A DNA stretch of 64,000 nt. Source: Eledone cirrhosa (Eukaryota). Made by a program: the position numbers and the translations under genes. The notes beneath the pieces were generated by a model, which saw only the letters and a program-made list of their open reading frames with translations, was not told where the DNA came from and did no database searches. The stretch lies in contig OZ024745.1 of assembly GCA_964016885.1 (NCBI GenBank), forward strand, positions 48,732,001-48,796,000. The letters are read 5' to 3'. This document shows, piece after piece, positions 42,153 to 57,203 of the stretch. How positions within the stretch are numbered: the first letter of the stretch is position 1; every line of letters begins with the position of its first letter.

Positions 42153-45100
42153 ATGTCATATGAGGTGGCTAATTGACAGATTTGTAAGAACATCAGATAA
42201 AATGATTGCAGGAATGATTCCACCTCTCTCCACTCTGAGTTTAAACTTTGCATTTCATCTTTTGAAGGTTGAAAATAATGAACCAGTCCAGTGCTGGGGT
42301 CAATTCTTCCTCTATATCTCTTTCTCTCTCTCTATCCATTGGAAGAATTTGGCAGTGTTCAGATATGGAGAGGGAATACGCTCCACCAGGTTTTAAATGC
42401 CCAAGACAAATCTTATGTCACTACAGCACGCCTATGACTCCATCAGCAGTTGCAGGTTATATATTATGTGTGTGTGTGTATCATCATCATCATCATCATC
42501 GTCATCATTTAGTGTCCACTTTCCCTGCCAGCAAGGGTTGGAAGGGTCTACACAGACCAAGTCAGTACTGAAGTGGGGCTACTGACCACCCAGACAGGCC
42601 AAGGGGTCTGCATCTCACTTATGTATAGTCATACATTCTATCAAGTGCAGAGAAGCTGTCATACCTTTTGACACAAACTGAAGAGTTCTTCCAACTGCTT
42701 GTTTGGCAAGCTTTCTACAATTGGATGCCCTTCTTATCACCAACCACTTTAGTACTGGGTGTTTTTATCATGCAGATCACCAGCACTAGGGAGGTTGTTG
42801 TGTTTTGACACAACAAAAGGGTCCTCTCAACCCTTTTAAGTATGGTTTCTACCATAGGTTGCCCTTCCTATCACCAACCACTCTTGTACTCATATCATTT
42901 TTCAAAGGAGAGAAGGATAAAGATATTCTTAAACCAGAGACTTAGTCTAAATATTTGCAACAGCGTAGACTCCTCTAAAGACAGTCAAGAACCAAATGGT
43001 GGGTTTAAACCACTCAAGTAGGACAAAGTGAGATTTAAACTCCAAACAAAAGGCCAGATCAAATACCATAGGACATCTCACCCACTGCTCTAACAATTCT
43101 TCCAGTCCACAACTCTTGACTGCTACTTTATTTTTTCGAATTGTTTCAACTGATTGTATTATTCCCCTATAAATGCAGACCTTGTAAAGAGTCAAAGAAA
43201 TGAATACTTATCCTCACATACTTACTTAATGTTTAGGACAACTTCACTTTCACTTTTGAAGTATGAAATTTTTTTCTAATAGTTGTTTTTAACAAAAACC
43301 TGAGGTCAGTTATTTACAGGGTATGTTTAGGGGATTAAATTGACTTTTTCTATTAATTAATCAAGAATTTGAAAGGATTTACTAAAAGTATTAATTATTT
43401 CGTTGATAAGCTATTTGTAACATAATTTAACAAAACGTTATTACATCAAATAATGTTGGTAGATTTTAAATTAAATATGAACTAATTAAAATGGGTGATT
43501 TTCATAGAACCAGAGTCGGTTCTGGCTAGGTTAGTTTCAAAAGAATTAGAACTAATCTTTATCAACAACAGTAATAATACTTTAGTTCCTTTCTGTTTAA
43601 GTGGTTTCTTTCAGCTAATTCCAGAATGTTTCAATATTTTACCCAATATTAGTAAGCAGGCCACACCAGAGGGGAGACCAAGTGAGGCAGTTGGCATTGT
43701 GTTGTGAATTCAAGGAAGCCTACCTTCCTCAAGTTCTAGTTCTTTTATTCTGTTCTGTTACTTTTAAGTACATCATGTACTCTACATGTATATGTATATA
43801 ACTGTAACCCATACATAAATCATATGTATTTAGGATCGATTACCTAAGTTCTAAATGAACAATTTGAAATGAAGCCTATATTTTACATCTGGCCTGAGCC
43901 TTTTACTAGTTATTGGGGGGGGGGGGGGGGCTATATTTTACATCCAACCTGGGTCTATTACAAACTTGGTGGGGGAGGAGTAAATTTTACATCTGACCTG
44001 GGCCTGTTGTCAGCTTTGTATGGACCTGCTTATACCATAGTTGCACCTTACTCATTGCCTTTACTCAGAACATTATACTTGCTTCAGTTAGGTGGTACCT
44101 TCCACACTTTGTTAGGAAAGTTGATGAAAGAATTTGTCAATGTATCCCAATTTTTTTAGATGTATTTAAGTTATTGTTTCTACTTTAGGCACAAGGCCAG
44201 CAATACCCAGTGCATTACTGGTACTTTAGATGTATTTAAGTTATGCTATCATAACAGAGAAATGGGAATATGGAATACTGAAACAAAATTCATATCACCA
44301 CTTTTGTAATACAATATCAATTATTGAAATGATGATCATCATCATTGTTTTTATGTTTGCTTTTCCATATTGGCATGGGTTAGACAAGACATTAGCCAAA
44401 TACCCTTTCCAGATGTCAACTTGTAATTTATTTTTAAGTATGGTATACAACTATATAACTATGGGACATATTTTTATGCAAGACATAAACATCACCAATT
44501 GCTGTAAATGGATACACAAGGAGAGACACAGACACACATGTACCCACACGTACAGACATGCATATATTTATACATATATTTGCGTGTTTGTATATATAAT
44601 GAATTGCCCTATAGTTTCCATCTACTGAAATCACAAGGTATTGGTTAGCTAGAGGACATAGTAGAGAACACTTGCACAACCCTAATATTAACTAATAAAA
44701 GTAATTCTACAATATATATATATAACGAAGGAAATGTGGTAAGGAACCAGATGGACCATAACGCACCAAAGTACTCAATACTTAGGGTAGTAGAGTGGGT
44801 AATAGGAACAAGTAGGACCCCGACGGCTGAGCTCAAGCCGTTTCGACGGCTAATTTAGTCCAGAATTAGCCATCTACTTGTTCCTATATATATATATATG
44901 TATGTATGTATGTATACATGTATATATGTATATATACATGTATATATGTATATTTACATGTATATATACATGTATATATGTATATGTATATATACATGTA
45001 TGTATATATATATATGAGTGTGTATACTTGTATACATATGTATGTATATATATGTATATGTATATGTGTGTGTATGTATGTGTGTGGTTTGTACCATGAT

Positions 45101-45244
45101 GATGGTCTTTTGACCATGACTAAGTGCGGACCTCGTGTTGCGACAGGTTCAGAAAAGAACTCACAGCCTTCTTTAAAGGCTTCAACCTCTCTATACAGGT
45201 TGATGCCAATCTCTCGGTCGTTAATTACCTCGACGTTACCCTCA

Positions 45245-45335
<91 letters not shown>

Positions 45336-45886
45336 TATATCATCATCATCATCATCATCATCAACGTTTAACGTCCGTGTTCCACGCTTGCATGGGTTTG
45401 GACGGGGGTAGTCCCACTTGAGGCAAGAGTGATTGTCTTGCTCGCATAGGACTGTCTGGCAGGTTTTCTACAGTTGGATGCCCTTCCTAACACCAACCAC
45501 ATTTACAGTGTGGGTCTGGGAGGTTTTTACCGTGTTGCCTACACGGCCACATTACAGCGTGGACTGTGTGTTTTTTTGTCGTGACACCTACACGATCTCA
45601 TTTGTTTCGGCCTGGATGGCGCGGCACCAACATAACTTTACATAGAACGGGGTGGTGTGGATGGGGATATATATATATATATAAATATATATATATGTAA
45701 AAGGTAAACAGAAATAACAACACAATCGGTAAGTTTTATGTGCATATATATATATATGTAATGTATTGGTGTGTAATATTCAGTTACTAAGGAGCTTTTG
45801 ATTCCAGAGTCTGGCCCAGTCACTACCAATCCTACTTTGAATTGATTGATTGCAAAATGCGCATTACATGAGAATAAAAAACATAT

Positions 45887-45941
<55 letters not shown>

Positions 45942-46197
45942 ATAAAGTTATGTATGTATAAATACAGAGTGTGTAACCAAAACTACATCAGCATGTATAA
46001 ATATATGCACATATCTAATATCTAGACATGTAAACATGCCAGAAAATATGAATTTTCCTGTAAATTGAAAAATTGAAAAACATCTTTAATCGATTTTCGG
46101 GTCTAATTGGACCCTCATCAGAAGACATGTATATCATCCAATCAGCCACAATACTAAGAGCAAATGGGTATATATACCCATCAATTACATGTTCGTT

Positions 46198-46259
<62 letters not shown>

Positions 46260-49200
46260 TTGTTTTCTCAAATTGTTGGTTATTCTTCACATTTTTTTTA
46301 GTGCCTCCACAGATTCTACTTCCACCTGAAAGCCAGCTAGTTGAGGAAACAATGGATGTCCTGTTATCTTGTTCAGTTGTTGGTGATCCGACACCAAGAA
46401 TTCTTTGGATGAAAAACAGCCAACCTATAGTATTGAGCAGCCGAATACAAAAAGGAGAAAATGGAACTCTTCATATCTTAAATACATCTGTGAGTAATGA
46501 AATTGTTCCATTATTCCATTAATTTATGTGAAGGTGTGTGGTTTAATGGTTAGAGAGTTGGATTCACAATCATGAGGTTCTGAGTTCAATTCTTGGACCG
46601 ACTAATGTGTTGTGTCCTTGAACAAGACGCTTTATTTCACGTTGTTCTTTCTGCCAGGAGTTGCAACCAATGGAAAGACCAATGGAAACATTGTTTCTTT
46701 GGTCCGATTTGACGAGGTCCACTCTACTTGGTAAGCAAATAAGGTCTGGGATCTTCTTGATCGATCGATCAGAGCGAGTGATTTTATGTTTACATAAGGT
46801 CACTGAAGTAACAGAATTGTTACAACATCAGGCAAAATGTTTTGAAGCATTTATTTACAGGCCTTTATGCACTGAATTCAAATCTCATCATGGTCAACTT
46901 TGCCTTTCATCTTCGCCTTTCATACATAATAGAAGCAAAACCAAAACCTCATAATTCTGAAACAAACTTCTTAACAATTTGACCATCATGTTCTGCCCAT
47001 TTATACAATATAATATCTATAATATTCACAATATAATAACTAACTACCTTGTGATTGATTTCAAGTAATTTCAGTTACACTCAAACTTATTTACTTTTCA
47101 GAGTTTAGATGCAGGAGAATACAAATGTGTTGCGACAAATGAAGCTGGAAGCTCTGAAGGAATTGCAATGTTGGATATTCAAAGTAAATTAATATGTTTA
47201 GTATTTTATTGTAATTAGAATTGTTAATATGTGCATTTAATTTATATTCAAATTGGATAGAATGAATGAATGCTTTGTGACATTTGTTCCAACTCTCTGT
47301 GCTCTGAGTTCAAATCCCACTGAGTTTAATTTTGCCTATCATTCTTTTGAGATTGATAAAAAAAAGTATCAGTCCAGCACTGAGATCCATTCTTCCTCTT
47401 CCTCGCTTTCTCCCCCCCCCTCTCTCCCCTCTCTCTCTGGAAGAAATCAGCAGTGTTCAAACCTGGAGAGGGATGGACTCCACTAAGTTTAAATGCCTAA
47501 GACATGTATGTCACAATGGCACCCCTACGATTCTATCAGGAGTTACAGTCCCATACATACATGATTATATTGCATTGAATTTGTAACACCTATTTATGTA
47601 TTTAGTTCTTAATAGTTCTTAGTTTCCAATATATCCCATTTCCCAAAGTCTGTTCTAGAATTCTCCAAATTAATAAAGTTGCTTAAATTTTTTCTATCCT
47701 GAAAATCTTAGAATATGTTTATAATATGTTTCTTTCAAATGATCTTTTTTATAAATCTTTATTAGAGACATGATAGCAAAGGGTTAAATCTAAGATCAGT
47801 CATAGTAATTTAAATATTATTAAACATAATCACTCTCATGCAAATTTTTAAAATTTGTATTTGAAATTGTTTACAGGTGCTCCCAAATTTAAATTGAAAC
47901 CAAAAAATACCAAAGTTGATCAAGGCAACCAGGTGACAATAGATTGTGTTCCAGAAGGTAATCCAGTCCCTACAGTAATTTGGATTAAACATTCTCAACA
48001 TATTATTTCAGAAGGGAAATTTTCTCTGTTGCCAAATAATTCCTTGAGGTAAGAATTTTTTCTCTGAAACTTTTTAGATTGCAACTTTTGAAAGTTAAAT
48101 TTAAAATAGAATTAATTTTAATAAGATATAATTTTCTTAGCATTACATCTTACTAAACTCAATGGCAATGCTCTCTCTAGCTATGCCACTGTTGATTGCA
48201 CACTGTTTATGTTTGGTTGGGAGAAGATAAGACATTGTTTTCATCATATGTATAGTGATTGTATTTTTGCAATGTTGAAAAGGAAAAAGATTAGCTTGAC
48301 ACCAGGGTTAGATTTAAACCTTGGGGGAGCCCAGGGCACTTCAGGTTTGGGGGGGGGGGGTTCCTTCAGATTTTTTGGGGGGCACCCTCATACACAACAA
48401 AATTAGAATACACAGCAACCCCCTCCCCCCCCCCACCCCCAAATTTTTTTTTTTACATATATCAAAGTTAGCTTGGTGCAAGTAATTGGAATTAGAAAGA
48501 TATACATAGAGGTGTTAAATTCAAAAATTCTAACCATCCTAAAAATAAAAAGCCCAGCTGAGGGCACAGATAAATTGCTACGGTCATTGCCCACTTTGGG
48601 GTAATTGCCCACTTTGCTCCCAATTAAATCCAGTCCTGCTTGACACAACCCCATTAGTGTATGTTTTCAAGATCTCTGTTCATGGCGACAAGGCAAGTTT
48701 AGTATGAGGTGCCTAGGTTGTTTATGAATGATGCTTAGTTATTAAGGAAGAAAGAAGGGCAATCATCATCATCATCATCATCATCATCAATAATGTTAAT
48801 AATATAATTTTAATAATATAATTTAACCTCTATTATTTGTTTTTATATTTTAGAATTGTAGGGACCCAACTCATAGATTCCGGCCAGTATGCATGCGTTA
48901 TAGGCAATTTTCTAGGAATGTTACAAGCTCAGGCTAACCTGACAGTTGTTGGTGAGAACTTTTCTGTTTTAAGCATTTTTCTTTAAACCCTATCTTTATT
49001 ATATCTGTGTGGTTATATTTCTATAGTTATAAAGCATTTTTAATTGTTTTACATTAACTATTGTCTCTAGTTTGGAGATTATATTTTTTTTTACATTATT
49101 TATATGGTATAAAAGTTGCCAAGTATTGTGTTCACATTTTGTTGCTGAAAATTCCTTCAATTTTTGTCTTAACATATACATTAGTAAAACTTATATAATT

Positions 49201-50855
49201 CTTAATAGTTTTGATTATAAGAGCCTCTGGTTATTTTCTTTATAATAGGCAAAATCATTAGAGCATGAGATAAAATGTCTTGCAGTAGCATTTAGTTATG
49301 CTTCTCATCATTCAAAGTTCAAATCTTTGTTTTTAATCATTCCAGGGGTCAATTCAAATACAGGGATCAATTTCGTATTCCTATAATGTATCCTAGACAT
49401 GAATGAAATATTATAAGAGATCACTAATGAATTGTCATTGAAAATATTTATTTTAGTTCATGGCATGTGGTCATCCTGGGGTGAATGGTCAGAATGCAGC
49501 GAAACATGTGGTGGAGGAAGAACATACAGAAGACGTTTATGTAATAGTCCAGCACCAGAAAATGGAGGAAATCCTTGTGTTGGTTCTAATAATGAATCAA
49601 TTCCTTGCAGCACATTAAGTGATTGCCCTGGTAAAGTCAATACATAAAAATGTTTACTTCTACACACACACACACACACATATCCTTGTTTTGGTGCCCT
49701 ATATCCCTGAATTCAAACCCCACTGTGGTCAACTTTACCATTCATTCTGTCAGGATCAATAAATGAAGTATCAATCAAGGGTAATGGATTGGCATTATTG
49801 TTAGAATATTTACAGTGGATTGGCAGTATCAGTAGAAGGTCGGACGCCATGCTTTGCAGCATAGAGTTACGCCCCTTTATTATCTGAGTTCAAATCCCGC
49901 CGAGGTTCACTTTGCCTTTCATCTTTACGAGGTCCATAAAATAAAGTACCAGTAATGCACTGGGGTAATGTCTGGCCTTGTGCCAAAAGTAGAAACAATT
50001 ATTGTTAGAATATTGGATGTTATATCATATAATATCTCTTTTGAGCTTTTCTATTCCAAGTTTACCTGCAACACAACTGGTGCCAGGCTTGTTTAACCAT
50101 TTACATTACTCTATATTTACTATCATATCTTCATGGTAAAGGCTCTATCTCACATAACATCTAATCTATGAGATTTTGATATTATTTATTTTGAGAACAA
50201 TACCTTAACATCAGTATGATGTTACAGCCAATTTGATCAGAAAGAGGTCAGAAAATTCTGGCTAGATACAGTTGGTTTAAATGCTAAAGGGTTAAGCTTC
50301 ACCTTTCCTTTGGACAACATTGGTGGCATGGAGAGAAATGAATTACATACATGATCGACTGCTGAGCTTCCACAAAATATCTTGCCTAGGTTTGTGTCTT
50401 GAACACAACAACTTTCCAGGTGCAGATCTATGAGACAAAAAAAACCCTTGGATTCAGTTTTAAATTGAATTTGAAACTAGAATTAAATATTTGCTACATA
50501 CTCCTTTATTTCTATTATTCTACAGAAGGTTGACTTTGCCTTTCATCCTTACGGGGTCGATAAAATAAAGTACCAGTAATGCACTGGGTAATTGCTGGCC
50601 TTGTGCCTAAAGTAGAAACAATTATTCTACAGAATTAAATCAAAGTGAAATTGTAACTGTGATATAACATACAAAGAGAAAAGACAAATATATAGGATGA
50701 CATCTGTTTAAACATTGCTGAGTGAGTTTTAAACAGATGCTCAAGCAGGTTTTTTAAAAAAAAATTAACTGTAACAATTCTGAAAGTTCACATCCCTAAA
50801 GATTATAAACAAATCTTTCTGTTTCCCACCCTTTCTTCATCTCTCTCTCTCTCTC

Positions 50856-50893
<38 letters not shown>

Positions 50894-51097
50894 CTTTTAT
50901 TTTTTGTCTCCTGTTCCCACTAATATAACCACACACACACATACCTTTTACATTCTGAGATTAAATCCTGGCGAAGTTAGCTTTGCCTTTCATCTTTACA
51001 GGGTCAATAAAATAAAGCACCGGTAACGCACTAGGGTCAATTTAATCGACTTTCCCCTCCCCAAAAATTGTTGGCATAAATAAGACCATTATTATTG

Positions 51098-51139
<42 letters not shown>

Positions 51140-52294
51140 TGCAATAAAATGTTTCTCATTATTTTTTTTTAAGGAAAAAATTTTATCCTAAAATATTGTA
51201 GAATTGTATTTTGTTTACCTCTTAATGTCCTGTACCACATGAAACCACATTAGCAAGAAACTCTTGGAAAATATAAAACAGGACTATGACTGCATCACCT
51301 TAAAAATTAAAGTCCTTAGTTTCCTGTAAATTTTATAGAATGTTCTGTCCACTAATAAAGACACTAAATATTTGAATTAACAAACCTGCTTTTAGTTATT
51401 TTTCTGCTAAATCATTACAGGAACATTAAGAGATAAATAGAGAGATAAGTTTAAATACTACAATGAAATTCCGTTATAACAAAATTCACGGGGTATAAAA
51501 AATATTTGTTGTAACGAAAAATTCTTTATAACGAGATTGACCTAACACATCAAGCGTTGGCCGGGGATTTTTAAAAAATGTCATTATACTGAAAAGTTTG
51601 TTAGAATGGTATTCATTATATCGGAATTTTACCTGTATTATATATTTTAAAGTGCATATACACACACACCCATACACCACACAAACACACATACAAACAC
51701 ATTCACCAGAACAATACACCTCATACACATGCAAACACACACACACACATTCATATAAACATACATCACACACTACACAAATTATCAAGAACATTTGAAA
51801 CCAAATTCTCACTACTTTATATATATTGTTATTTGTAGTTGATGGTAATTGGGGTCCCTGGTTATCATGGGAAGAATGTAGCAAAACATGTGGAGTTGGG
51901 GTTCATGCCCGCTACAGACAATGTAACAACCCTCCTCCTCAATATGGTGGCAAGGAATGTGTTGGTATTAAGCTGGAGAAAGAACTTTGTAACAAGAGGA
52001 AGTGTCCAGGTTAGTATTGAAGGAATGGTTCTAACTTATATCATATTTCAATGAGATGAACTTTATAATTTACTGTTATTTTTTTAATTTTGAAACAAGC
52101 ATCACATCAAATTACCATTTCCGAAACAAATCTAGTACAAAGATGTTAACTCATGATTCATGTGTTTTATTATAATGATTGGTTTTCTTACTTTACCATT
52201 TACTTTGTCATCCTCAACATATTAACTCTTAACGTCATGCACCACATGAGATCATGTTAGCAAAATATTCTTAAAAAGTACAAAGCAGACTATG

Positions 52295-52325
<31 letters not shown>

Positions 52326-55300
52326 CTTCTTCTTCTTCTTCTTCTTCTTCTTCTTCTTCTTCTTCTTCTTCTTCTTGCATTCGTTTTTCAATACTTGCAT
52401 TAAAAATAAAAATTTTCTCTAACACAGCAAATTTTCATAATGATCTGTCTCCTACATTTAGCAGATTCATTGTTTTGTTGTTGTTGTTGTTGTTGCTGCT
52501 GTTGCTGTTGCTGCTGCTGCTGCTGTTGTTGTTGGTTGGTGGGATTTGCATCAATTTATTATAATCTTTGTTTTGTTTTGTATGAATATAAAGTCGACGG
52601 TGGATGGGGAACATGGAACCATTGGCAAGAGTGCAGCAAAACTTGTGGTGAAGGTCACCAGTTAAGACAGCGTGAATGCAACAATCCTAAGCCTCATCAT
52701 GATGGTAAAAACTGTATGGGTAACGATTATGAGAGCCAGCTATGTACTATCAGCAAATGTTCAGGTTAGTTAGTTTGTTTTTTAGCATTCTATATTTAAT
52801 TGAAGCCTTTATCCTTTTGATGTTGGTAAAGTAAGTATCAACCAAATTGTAGGGTCAATAGAATCAATTGAACCCTTTCTCTTACAGCTGTGGTCTTGTG
52901 CTAAAATTGGAAACAAAATTCTAAGAACAGCACTACTTTCTGTCTGAAGCCTTCAACTTTAATAAAAAGAGACATTATTCTCATTCGTCAACACACATCA
53001 ACTCTGAAAATACAAACATGAACAAATAATAATAATTATTATCATTATTTCTACTTTAGGCACAAGGCCATCAATTTGAATCAACCCAGTGCATTACTGG
53101 TGCTTTATTGACCTCGTAAGAATTAAAGGCAAAGCTAACCTCTGCGGGATTTGAACGTAGAACATAAAGGGCCGTAACTAAATACTGCAAAGTATTAATA
53201 ATAATTGTTTCTACTTTTGGCACAAGGCCAGCAATTAACCAGTGTATTACTAGAACTTTATTTTATCGACCCCGTAAGGATGAAAGGCAAAGTTAACCTT
53301 GGCGGGATTTGAACTCAGAATGGCAAGGGCCGTAACTCTATGCGTCAAAGCATGGCGTCCGACCCTCTACCGATACTGCCACAAAGTATTAATAATAATG
53401 ATTTCTAATTTAGGCACAAGGCCAACAATTTTGGGGAGGGGAAAGTCGATTAAATCAACCCTAGTACATTATGAATGTGGTAGATGTGAGTTCAAGATAA
53501 ACCACCTGCTGTTCATGGATAACCTAAAACTTTTGGGGAAATCCTATGAACAGATTAATTCCCTTGTACAAACAGTTCATACATTCAGTACAGACATAGG
53601 AATGGAATTTGGCATAAAAACTATGGGGTGCTACTACTGAAGTGGGGTAGAATTAATAAGATGGAAGGAATTGAATTACTAGATGAGCGAGTAATGAAGG
53701 AAGTTGATGACAACGGGTAAAAGTACTTAGGCATCTTGGATACAGACCAAATGAAAGAGAACAAAATGAAAAAACTATTATCAAAGGAATATAAACAGAA
53801 ACTGAAATTGGTGTTAAAGAGAAAGTTAAGTGGGCTGTTGTGAATGTAAGATGCTTGCACAGAAAGAGTACAAGAAAAGGCATGAGAACATTGCCAGATT
53901 GGTTCACTGGAAGCTCTGTCATAAATATGACATGAGCAGAAGTGAGAAAGGGTTGCTAAAACAATATAAGATCGTGTGGGACATGACCTTCTAGTGTGAC
54001 CATTTTATCATGGCTAGAAAACCTGACATTGTTGTCATATAAAAGAAGGCAATTATTGTGGATATTGGATTGCCATGGGACCACAGGGTGAATGAAAAGG
54101 AAAATGAGAAAGTTGAGAAATACCAGGAGCTGAAGAGGGAAATTAGGAAACTATGGAGAATCAGACACATAAAAGTTGTACCAATTGTGGTTGGTGCAAT
54201 GGGAGGAGTTGGTAAAATGTTGGATGCATGGTTTGAGAAGCTAGGAATTACCATCAGAACGGGATTGTTGCAGAACACAGCCTTACTAAGAACGGCAAGG
54301 ATTCTAAGGAGGGTGTTAGAAAGTTGAAGGAAAAGAAATGACCCATTAGCTATGGCTCACTCTTTTGGTATAGTGTTGGTATAACATCTGCCAGAGCCAA
54401 AGTATAATGAATGATAATAATGTGCACATTGCACACATATTGTATTGAGTACTTTCAATACAGAGAATCAATGAGCACACAATGAAAATAAGACTAATGA
54501 TAAAGATAATAGTAAGGTGAATTGGCAAAACTGTTAGAGCATCAGACAAAATGGCTTTCAGTATTTCTTCCAGCTCTTTACATTTTGAGTTCAAGTCCCA
54601 TCAAGGTCAAATTTGACCTTCATCCATCTACGGTTGATAAAATAAAATGTTAATAAATACTAGGTTTCATTTAATCTATTAATTTTTCCCACATGTCTTC
54701 CCTTAAGCCTATGTGAGATGCAATTATTATATATGAACTCTGTAAGCTCATATGTTACAACCATAAGAGAGGTGAACAAGACGCTTCACTTCATCGCTCA
54801 ACCTGCTAGAAATAGTAGTCAAATCAACCTTGGATCACACCCCGGAAAAAGAAAAGACACATTTCTACAGCTGGATACCTTTTCTATCACCAACCACATT
54901 ACAGAGTGTACTGGGTGTATTTTATCATGGTACAGCCACTATAGAAGTTGTCATGTCTTTGATGTAACTGATGAGTTCTCTCAACATTTTGTCTTGTATG
55001 ATTTCTATGGCTGAATATCCTTCCCAATGCCAACTACTTTACAGAGTGTACTGGGTGCATGTTTATCATGGCACCGACACTAGAAAGGTTATAATGTCTT
55101 TGACACTACTGAAGAGTTCTCTTAATCCTTTGTTTTCTCATGTTTTTTTTATTTTTACAATTTAGTTGATGGTGCTTGGAATTCATGGTCATCTTGGAAT
55201 CATTGCAGCCAGTCTTGTGGAGGAGGAATAAAACAACGCTTCCGAGAGTGTGACTCTCCTGCTCCAAAACATGGTGGAACATATTGTGAAGGACCAAGTT

Positions 55301-57166
55301 CTATGACAGATTATTGTAACACTGAGTTTTGCCCAGGTAGGTTCATTATATTCTCATGATCTTTGAATCGGTCTCATATGTACACTTTATATGTGAAGGC
55401 ACATGGTTTAGTGGTTAGAGTTGGATTCACAATCACGAGGTTGTGAGTTCAATTCTCTCACCAGCTGATGTGTGGTGCCCTTGAGCAAGACACTTTATTT
55501 CATGTTGCTACTTCTGCCAGGAGTTGTGACTGGTAGATAGTATCAGCAATGGAAAAAACAATGGAAACATTGTTTCCTTGGTCCGATTTGATGAGGTTCG
55601 CCCCACATGGCAAGCAAATGAGGTCTGGGATCTTGTTGATTGATCAGAGTGATATAAGTACATCTTTTATTTTTTAATTGGTTTCAGTCATTAGATTGCA
55701 ACCATACTGAGGCACAGCCTTGAAGTGATTTAGTTGATCAGGTCAACTCCAGTATTTTATTAGTCTCTTTTTTGTTGAACTGCTAACTTATGGGATATAA
55801 ACAAACAGTAAACATAAACACAAACACAGACACATATGCATACATATATACACAGACATATATTTACATATATACAAACATATGATCCATCAAATTTCAC
55901 TTACAAAGCATTGGTCAACTCAAGGTTATATTGTAAAAGCTGCCACACAGTGGGACTGGACCTGAAACCACATGGTTACAATGTGAACTCCTTAACATTG
56001 TGTTTTGTGAAAGACCAGCAGTTGCCCATGCATGCAAATTCCCCCCCACCCCCACCCCCACCCCCACACACACACATTTCATGTTACCAATGTTGTCCAA
56101 GAGAAAAGCAAAGGGTATCAGAGCTTGCTACTAGTGACATCACAGGCTAACACAGAATGCAAAGATCCAAAATAAATACCCCCAAGGCATCATATTCAAT
56201 GGCTGAACAATTCCTACACTAATAAATTTATGTATCAATCCAGAACAAAATGAAAATTAAAGTAACTTTGGTAAGATTTGAACTCAACAAGCAGAGATTG
56301 GGCGCAAATACAATAAAGCATTTTAAACTGACACTGTAACAAATGTGACAATTCACCACCTTTACATACATATGTGTGTATGTGTGTGTGTATGTATGTA
56401 TGTGTGTATATGTGTGTGTGTGTATTTGTGCGTGCGTGTGTGTATTTGTGCATCTGTGTGTGTATTTGTGCATGTGTGTGTGTGTGTATTTGTGCATGTG
56501 TGTGTGTATTTGTGCATGTGTGTGTGTATTTGTGCGTGTGTTTTTGTGTGTATTTGTGCATGTGTGTGTGTGTATTTGTGCGTGTGTGTGTGTGTGTATT
56601 TGTGCATGTGTGTGTGTGTATTTGTGCACATGTGTGTGTGTTTGCCTGCGTGCATGTGTGTGTGTGTATTTATTTGTGCATGTGTGTGTGTGTGTATGTG
56701 TGTGTGTGTGTTACACAACAACTATGCCAAATCAATATTGCCACTATTTATTGATGATATATAAACAGTCTGTGTCTGTGTATGAGTGTGTCTGTGTATG
56801 TGTGTATGTATGTGTGTGTGTATGTATGTGTGAAAATGTGTGTGTGTGAAAGTATGTGTGTATGTATGTGTATCTGTCTATGCATGCTTGTGTATGTTTG
56901 TGTGTATGTGCGTGTGTATTTGTATGTATGTATGTGTGAGTTTATGTATGTGTATAACTGCCTGTGTGTGACTGTGTGTGACTCTGTGTGTGTGTGTATG
57001 TCTGTATGTGACTGTGTGTGTGTGTGTGTATGTCTGTGTGTGACTGTGTGTGTGTATGTCTGTGTGTGACTGTGTGTGTGTGTATGTCTGTGTGTGACTG
57101 TGTGTGTGTGTCTGTGTGTGACTGTGTGTATGTCTGTGTGTGACTGTGTGTGTATGTCTGTGTGTG

Positions 57167-57203
<37 letters not shown>

